The notes below the pieces were generated by a model, which was not told the origin of the DNA, did not search any database, and worked only from the letters and a program-made list of their open reading frames with translations. Of a stretch of 32,000 nucleotides of DNA, positions 26,057 to 32,000 are shown piece by piece. Origin of the DNA: Candidatus Hermodarchaeota archaeon (GTDB taxonomy: Archaea; Asgardarchaeota; Heimdallarchaeia; Hodarchaeales; Hodarchaeaceae); contig JBHLKY010000002.1 in the NCBI GenBank assembly GCA_048886185.1, forward strand, positions 60,001 through 92,000. The letters run 5' to 3'. Both the position numbers and the translations under genes were made by a program. Each line of letters begins with the position of its first letter. Position 1 is the first letter of the stretch.

Positions 26057-28035
26057 AAAAAGGAAGTTTATTAAGCTTATTAATAGGACTTACCCTTCTA
26101 GGACTTTTTTACCCGAATACTGTTCAAACAACACCCTCAATTATAAGGAGTCCCAAATGGTCATCGGAATTTCGCCCCTATCCTGGCGGATACGTGGATG
26201 AGATCGAGTTTATGATCTATCCTGATGAGGATATCCCTCTGGCGATATTAGCACTACAAAATGGGGACATTGATGTGTATGATGAGCGGGTTCCGCAAGA
26301 TTACTTAGCAGGTCTGGTGAGTGATCCGAATATTGAGGTGACCTTTACGCCAAGTGTCCGATATAGAGCCCTCACGCTAAATTGTGACCGATTCCCCTTA
26401 AACATCACCGCGTTCCGTCGAGCTATGGCCTTCGGATATGATAAATCCCGAGCAAACAGGGAATGCATTGGAGGTGCGGGGTGGCCTCAAGATAGTTACA
26501 TTCCGATAACTATCTCTGAATGGGAAGTCGAAAGCGAGATGAGTGATCACTTCTATGAGGCAGATTATGTGTTAGGCAACAGATCACTTGAAAACGCTGG
26601 GTTCAAAGATTTAGACGGAGATGGGTGGCGGGAATACGACGCTAATGGTAATGATGCCTGGGATGTTGGTGTTGACTTAGATGATGATGAATACGCTGAT
26701 ATGACGCCTGGAACCTCATCCATAATAGAAATGTATGCTTTAGCTGCTTATGATCCATCTATCAAAGCCATTGATATCATGGTAGATGGATTAGAAGAAA
26801 TGGGAGTTCGATGTTACGCTTATCCTCCTGATTTCTTACCCACCCCACCAGATCCCATGGCCTTTGATGTCCTGTGCTGGAATGAGGGCATTCCATTAAC
26901 CAATCCATCCAAATGCCTGTATGAAAACTTCAGAACGGATGCTAAGTATAATGGAGGCCTCTATAACTACTATCACTTCAGTAACAGCACAATTGACGCA
27001 GTTTTTGATCAGATGATAGAAGCTACCACTTTAGAGGATGTAAAGACATATGCGAAAGAGGTCAATAGATTTTTAACCTTCGAACAACCGCAGATTGTTG
27101 TCTATAATGACGTGAATATTGGTACTCACCGGAATGACAGATTTGATGGTTGGTTTGAGTTTACGGGGTTGGGACCGACTACAGGTGGTTACATTCAGAA
27201 TAATCCATACTGTGCTACCAAATTACATCTGAAGGAATCTTTGGGAGGACCATTTGGTGGAACATTGTACTACTGTTTATCTGGCACGATAGATACTCTA
27301 AATCCTTATTTACAAAAATGGGATAGAGAAGAAACTGTCTTTCAGTATATCTATGATCAACTATGGAGTATCGATCCATATACATGGGATCCCATTCCAG
27401 GATTAGCGTATGATTGGGAGATTGAACAGACCACTGCGGGTGGAGACATCCGAGATGGCCAAAAGTTCACGTTCTACTTGTATGAAAACGAGACATGGCA
27501 TGATGGGGAACCCTTTACTGCAGCCGACGTAAACCACTCCCTATATCTGTGGAAGAGCTCTCCCCGAAGTGGGATAGAGATGGCGGAAATCTACAAAGTT
27601 GAGTTACCCGATGGATCCGAAGGCCATACTATCGAAATATATGTCAACAAGACAGGATATTTCGAGTGGGCAGACACCACCTGGTTTTACATCACCCCCG
27701 AGCATATCTGGCGTGAGGTGACCAATGTATCAGCATTCATCCCAATTAACAATCAGATTATTGGCACGGGGCCTTATAAATGGGAAAATCATGTCCCTGG
27801 AGAGTATATCAGGCTAGTTCGCGGTGAGAATTGGCGATGGGATATCCGTGATGGTGATTGTACACAAATTAAAAACACTTATTCTACTCAGCCCTCCACG
27901 AGTATACCTTCAACTGAAAGCTCCGCCCCAACAAGCACAACAACAGGCACTCCAGGATTTACTTCTGTTACCATACTAGTATTCGCTGTGGCTCTCCTTG
28001 TCAAGTGTTCAAAAAGAGAAGGAAAGAAGGATTAG
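26053..28035 (+). CDS. ABC family-5 substrate-binding protein 6, circularly permuted
   Basis: ATG overlaps the SBP5 stop (ATGA). Signal peptide; TPGF + TM + basic tail. Confidence 0.9.
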   Translation: MKKGSLLSLLIGLTLLGLFYPNTVQTTPSIIRSPKWSSEFRPYPGGYVDEIEFMIYPDEDIPLAILALQNGDIDVYDERVPQDYLAGLVSDPNIEVTFTPSVRYRALTLNCDRFPLNITAFRRAMAFGYDKSRANRECIGGAGWPQDSYIPITISEWEVESEMSDHFYEADYVLGNRSLENAGFKDLDGDGWREYDANGNDAWDVGVDLDDDEYADMTPGTSSIIEMYALAAYDPSIKAIDIMVDGLEEMGVRCYAYPPDFLPTPPDPMAFDVLCWNEGIPLTNPSKCLYENFRTDAKYNGGLYNYYHFSNSTIDAVFDQMIEATTLEDVKTYAKEVNRFLTFEQPQIVVYNDVNIGTHRNDRFDGWFEFTGLGPTTGGYIQNNPYCATKLHLKESLGGPFGGTLYYCLSGTIDTLNPYLQKWDREETVFQYIYDQLWSIDPYTWDPIPGLAYDWEIEQTTAGGDIRDGQKFTFYLYENETWHDGEPFTAADVNHSLYLWKSSPRSGIEMAEIYKVELPDGSEGHTIEIYVNKTGYFEWADTTWFYITPEHIWREVTNVSAFIPINNQIIGTGPYKWENHVPGEYIRLVRGENWRWDIRDGDCTQIKNTYSTQPSTSIPSTESSAPTSTTTGTPGFTSVTILVFAVALLVKCSKREGKKD

Positions 28036-28100
28036 CGTGAGAAAGAGTATTAGTAAAGGAACCCATACATGAGACATTCCTAAGTATTGTTTATATTTCC

Positions 28101-29090
28101 CTATAGGTGATTTGAGATTGAGAGAAAATTATCTGGGCCTAAGCTTGTGGCTAACATGACTCTATTGATATCCATATGTTCAGTCCAATCACTATGCTTG
28201 AGCCAATAAGCATTTATTTCATCTATTAATGCCCAAGACTCCTCTAAGAAGGCCATTTTTTTAGCAGCCTGTAATCCAATGGCTAACCCGAGTTCTCTAA
28301 ATGCTAAAACATGGGAGAGGCGACAATACTTAAGACCTTCTTGAGCAGCAATCATCATTCTTCTTCTTTTATCAGAGTTAAGACCCATCTGTTCCAACCT
28401 ATAAGCATCAAACAATAACCCTCCAATACCTAAAGGATCAGTTGTAACCAGATTGAGTTGTTGAATCATTTTTTCCAAACTTGATAACACTGCTCCTAAG
28501 TCTGCATCAATGACTGTCTGTAATTCTTTAAAGGTAATATACCCATCAACAGGATCATGTTGACCCATCGACGGGACGAGAGGATAAGAAAGGTCAATAC
28601 TCATTTTCCAGAACATCCGATTACTACTGATGAAGAGTGTTGACGCTTTTGCTAGATCTAGAGCCCAAGTAAGGTATTTTTCCTCTTTCATTACGTGATA
28701 AACTTTAATTAAAGCATGAATCCACTTTGTGAGATAATGGAAATATTGACCGTCACGATCCCATTCCAGGTGTGAATTAAAGGTTTCATAGGGTTTTCTC
28801 TCTGGCAAGGGTTTTCCGATTCTCAACCCATTTTTTGTGGGATGATCCTTGGTTCCCAACCACCCTGACCGTTCATCATCATCTCTATGTTTGCCTAATG
28901 TTTTGTGAACTTGGTCAACTAATTGTATTGCTAATTCTTTGAACTTATTCTCTCCAGTCATTTGGTAGAATCCCAAAAAATTACAAACTGCAAAACTATC
29001 AGTCCATAGATATCTTCTTGGAGGTTTTTTAGATGTTAATCCGGTATCGTCTGAAAATTTTAACATGAAATTTATGGCTTTTTCTGACAT
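28101..29090 (-). CDS. Conserved hypothetical protein (RYLWTD...DGQYFHYLTKW family), possibly a six-hairpin (alpha/alpha)6 fold
   Basis: 329 aa ORF with distinctive RYLWTDSFAV, GLRIGK and DGQYFHYLTKWIHAL blocks, helical and aromatic-rich. The fold is inferred. Confidence 0.6.
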   Translation of the reverse strand: MSEKAINFMLKFSDDTGLTSKKPPRRYLWTDSFAVCNFLGFYQMTGENKFKELAIQLVDQVHKTLGKHRDDDERSGWLGTKDHPTKNGLRIGKPLPERKPYETFNSHLEWDRDGQYFHYLTKWIHALIKVYHVMKEEKYLTWALDLAKASTLFISSNRMFWKMSIDLSYPLVPSMGQHDPVDGYITFKELQTVIDADLGAVLSSLEKMIQQLNLVTTDPLGIGGLLFDAYRLEQMGLNSDKRRRMMIAAQEGLKYCRLSHVLAFRELGLAIGLQAAKKMAFLEESWALIDEINAYWLKHSDWTEHMDINRVMLATSLGPDNFLSISNHL

Positions 29091-29134
29091 AAAGGAAAAA
29101 CTGCATCGATAATTATAAGAATATTATGACCCAC

Positions 29135-30172
29135 TCAATTTTCCCTTCCTATTAATTTATACAGATCGCAGGCATTCTCACCATCTACCCCTTGAAGGTG
29201 AAAAAAAATCTTATCCACTAATTTCTGAAAATAGCTCATTCTTAAATTCTTAATTCTTAATCTAGAGGTAACAAAGCGACTTATATCACTTGGAAATTCT
29301 AGCAGAACCATCGAAAGCAATACCAAGGATATTCCAGAGATTACCCAAGTAGAATAGGTAAAACTGCCAAATAAGAACTCAAATCCAAAAGGTACAATTA
29401 CCTGTATCAATAAATAAAACGTTGTTTTAACCGATCCCAGCCGAGATAATGCCCAATTATGAAGTCCAAAAGTGAGGATGGTTGTAAAAATGCCTAAAAA
29501 GATCAGATAAGGGAGTGTATATCGTAACGATGAAAAAGCTTGAGATTTCGTTAAAATAGATAAGAAAAATAATGGTACAAATGTATAAACTAGGGTTGCA
29601 TATAAAAAACTCAAAGGATCATGTTTCCCATAATTGTTTTTAATTTCAGTAATTAACTGACTAGATAGGACAATATTCAATCCCCATACAGACGCTGCTA
29701 TGAGTAACAGCACGATTCCAATACCATTTGTGCTGGATAAACTCCTTAGGTCACCATTGTAACTAATGAGAAAGATCCCTATAGAAGCGATTGTTGCCAG
29801 TAAAAAGATCTTTTTTGAAAGAGAGGTATTTTCTATTCTCCACGATAAAAATGGGACAATTATGATATAACTAGTGGAAATAAGAGTCGCTAGTCCTGCT
29901 GTAGTCAATTCTTGGCCAATTGTTGATGTGAGATATCCCATAGCAATCAAGAATCCTATAAGCATGCATTTCCAATTTTTCAATAAATGGAATCCAGCTC
30001 GTGCCTTTATAACTGGTAATAAAAAGGAGCTGGCTAGTACTGCTATTCCAAATCTCAGTGTCATTATATCTAAGGGAGTTGAAAAGTTTAATATTTGTTC
30101 GACTACAATAGGACTTATGCCCCACAGTATACTACTAATTAACATGGCACTTTGTGCACTTTTGTCTTGCAT
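29135..30172 (-). CDS. DMT superfamily / EamA-like transporter
   Basis: About ten hydrophobic helices in two repeats; ILWG, xRFxxA, GQELTTAG, ALSRLGS patterns. Confidence 0.9.
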   Translation of the reverse strand: MQDKSAQSAMLISSILWGISPIVVEQILNFSTPLDIMTLRFGIAVLASSFLLPVIKARAGFHLLKNWKCMLIGFLIAMGYLTSTIGQELTTAGLATLISTSYIIIVPFLSWRIENTSLSKKIFLLATIASIGIFLISYNGDLRSLSSTNGIGIVLLLIAASVWGLNIVLSSQLITEIKNNYGKHDPLSFLYATLVYTFVPLFFLSILTKSQAFSSLRYTLPYLIFLGIFTTILTFGLHNWALSRLGSVKTTFYLLIQVIVPFGFEFLFGSFTYSTWVISGISLVLLSMVLLEFPSDISRFVTSRLRIKNLRMSYFQKLVDKIFFHLQGVDGENACDLYKLIGREN

Positions 30173-30207
30173 AGTTTCGTTATTAGCTCAGACAAAGATG
30201 AATTTAT

Positions 30208-30225
30208 TACCTCGATTAGGAGGTA
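30208..30225. promoter_or_regulatory. Palindrome TACCTC-N6-GAGGTA in the divergent EamA/HTH intergenic region (candidate operator)
   Basis: Perfect 6-6-6 inverted repeat, GC-richer than its surroundings. Confidence 0.4.
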
Positions 30226-30284
30226 TTTTCTTTAAGATTTAATATTCAACACTATTCCAATAACAAGAAACGAAGTGACAGCAG

Positions 30285-30956
30285 ATGCTTTATAATGTCC
30301 TAGTCAAAATAAACCATAATTGCCCATTTTCGAGACTCTCCAAAAAATTTCCAACAGTTGAAGTTCTACATTGGTGTAATTCACATTATGACGTATTGGA
30401 AATACGAGGAAGTAAAACGGAGGTAGATAATGCAATAGCTGATGTTCATACGAATCTAGGATCAATTATTAAGAAATCCTTAGGTCAAGACCATGTACAA
30501 ATGGTCATCAAGCAATGTGAATGTGATTACGAACCTTTTTCTGTCATATTAGACAGTTATAAATGCATACGATTACCACCAGTAAAATATCTAGCTGGAG
30601 AAGAAGTTGTTAAGTTACTAATCACATTAGATGATCTCAAAACAATTTCAGATGAACTCAAGAAGAAAGATCCAAGTGCTTTAGTCGAGATTCTTACTAT
30701 CGCCCCGATTAAGGAGATTGATAATCCCAAATTACACCCACTGTATTTAGATGAATTAAGAACAGATTTAACATACAAACAACTGCAAGTCATAACCAAA
30801 GCGTATGATCAGGGTTATTATGAACTTCCACGAAATGTTTCAATCGATTCACTTTCAGATGAAATGGCGATTAAACCGCGAACCTTTCAAGAACATCTAA
30901 GAAAAGCAGAAAGAAAAATAATGAAGAAGATTATACCAGTTCTGACTCTGAAATAA
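30285..30956 (+). CDS. Bacterio-opsin activator (Bat)-type HTH_10 transcriptional regulator
   Basis: C-terminal LTxKQLQVIxKAYDQGYYELPRxVSxxxLxxEMxIxxRTFQEHLRKAERK signature; SD GTGA + 6 nt + ATG. Confidence 0.92.
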   Translation: MLYNVLVKINHNCPFSRLSKKFPTVEVLHWCNSHYDVLEIRGSKTEVDNAIADVHTNLGSIIKKSLGQDHVQMVIKQCECDYEPFSVILDSYKCIRLPPVKYLAGEEVVKLLITLDDLKTISDELKKKDPSALVEILTIAPIKEIDNPKLHPLYLDELRTDLTYKQLQVITKAYDQGYYELPRNVSIDSLSDEMAIKPRTFQEHLRKAERKIMKKIIPVLTLK

Positions 30957-30981
30957 AGTCCTTTCTATAGTAATTCAGATT

Positions 30982-31695
30982 CTACTTTTCAAGGGATAAG
31001 CCTCTCCTCCTCAGCTTTTCTCGTACAAAGGGGTACAGAAGTAACTGCTCAATTTCTAATTGCTTTGGTCTCACTACAGCTTCCAAATCACTGATTTCCT
31101 TAGACGTAAAGAACTCAGCCATGATAGCGACATTAAATCGCAATGATGATTTCTGCAATAGCTCAATGGCATGAAGCTGGGCCTTATAAATATCAATGGG
31201 TGCTCCAGTTACCTTCGAAAAGAGGGTTTGTCCTGCTTTCAAACTGATTCGTATATATGGGCGATGTTGAGCGTTTTTTAAGGCTTGAATGTATGTGGAT
31301 TCAGAAAGAAGAATACCATTTGTTTCTAGGACAAACAAAATATCATCTGGGATCTGTTCCAGTACTGAAAGGAGGTGTTCTTTACACAACGTGGGTTCAC
31401 CTCCACTCAAGCGCATACGATGACAATTGTGCTTCTCACTGAGAGCCATCAATGCCCGTACTACCTGATCAGCGGAGTACCATGAGCCCTTTCGAGGAAA
31501 CCATGCGGTTTTTTGAGACCAACAATACCCACAGCGGAGATTACACCCCACTACATCAGCAGTGACAATTCCCCCATAAAACTGACTTGAATACCGAAAT
31601 CGATAGTATTTTCTAAGGGATTCATTGGCCAATCCTTCCTGACATACCTGATTTATTGTTTGACGAGTCAATTGGTGGGTTTTACTAGGATTCAT
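30982..31695 (-). CDS. Radical SAM protein (archaeal YYRFR...GGIxTAD family, COG5014-like)
   Basis: CNLRCGYC (CxxxCxxC), LSGGEPT, LETNG. Confidence 0.9.
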   Translation of the reverse strand: MNPSKTHQLTRQTINQVCQEGLANESLRKYYRFRYSSQFYGGIVTADVVGCNLRCGYCWSQKTAWFPRKGSWYSADQVVRALMALSEKHNCHRMRLSGGEPTLCKEHLLSVLEQIPDDILFVLETNGILLSESTYIQALKNAQHRPYIRISLKAGQTLFSKVTGAPIDIYKAQLHAIELLQKSSLRFNVAIMAEFFTSKEISDLEAVVRPKQLEIEQLLLYPFVREKLRRRGLSLEK

Positions 31696-31886
31696 AATCT
31701 CTAATTACAATTTCTAGAGCTTCATTAAACTATCCTTCGATCTCCTTAAATGATGTTTTTTTAATAAGAAAGTGCACTCGTTTGAGAAGAGATAGGATCC
31801 CTGTAAGTACGCTTACGAATTTAAGCCCGAATGTATTGATGGATTCTCTATTATCTGGAAATTCTATCGTTTAAATTATCAATTTC

Positions 31887-32000
31887 TTAGATTCTACACC
31901 AAGCAGAGGGATCTGCTTCAAGATCTTTTTGAGTAACTGCCTCAACGATTAGTGGGAGAATTGATTCTCTCAATTGGTTAACAGGTTGTCTAAGTCCTGA
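31887..32000 (-). CDS. Probable 3' end of a gene entering from the right edge (37 aa visible)
   Basis: Open minus-strand frame SGLRQPVNQLRESILPLIVEAVTQKDLEADPSAWCRI ending at TAA 31889-31887; too short to identify. Confidence 0.4.
   Translation of the reverse strand, partial: SGLRQPVNQLRESILPLIVEAVTQKDLEADPSAWCRI

Noticed and set aside
28060-28083. AAAGGA...ATG AGA CAT TCC TAA as a remnant of a seventh SBP
   Set aside because: Similarity to the SBP5 start is limited to a few bases and no downstream homology follows.
3752-31442. The roughly 35 short ORFs (60-140 aa) in the track that overlap the long genes
   Set aside because: They are antisense or alternate-frame shadows of well-supported CDSs, with no recognisable motifs or start signals.
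31803-31918. Small hairpins with UACG (31803-31816) and GGGA (31901-31918) loops as a structured ncRNA
   Set aside because: The stems are only 5-7 bp, one lies within the probable partial CDS, and no tRNA, C/D box or SECIS pattern could be completed.
1-32000. CRISPR arrays, rRNA/tRNA genes, transposases, integrases
   Set aside because: No regularly spaced short repeats, RNA gene signatures or mobile-element motifs were recognised.

Overview
AT-rich archaeal window; an Asgard (Heimdallarchaeia-like) origin is my inference from the gene families, the Shine-Dalgarno (SD) style and the C-terminal anchors. Contents in order: (1) two divergent large surface-protein genes, one truncated by the window edge and absent from the ORF track, the other 2320 aa and built from six GATase-like/GIFT(DUF4350)-type domains separated by Ig-like pairs; (2) a minus-strand metabolic block: SAM methyltransferase, MBL-fold hydrolase, Cys-rich DUF6144-like protein, an MtmB-family methyltransferase with Lys instead of pyrrolysine, its corrinoid protein, and a Gfo/Idh/MocA dehydrogenase; (3) six tandem family-5 (OppA/DppA-type) substrate-binding proteins (SBPs) with no permease or ATPase in the window; (4) a conserved hypothetical protein, an EamA transporter, a Bat-type HTH regulator and a radical SAM protein. 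Main observations: all six SBPs appear circularly permuted; three appear to start at CTG behind an identical SD motif; they carry two different C-terminal anchors and a gene-conversion tract; the MtmB homolog has lost Pyl and its three active-site glutamates and lies in frame directly behind the amber stop of its corrinoid gene. No rRNA, tRNA, CRISPR array or mobile element was recognised.
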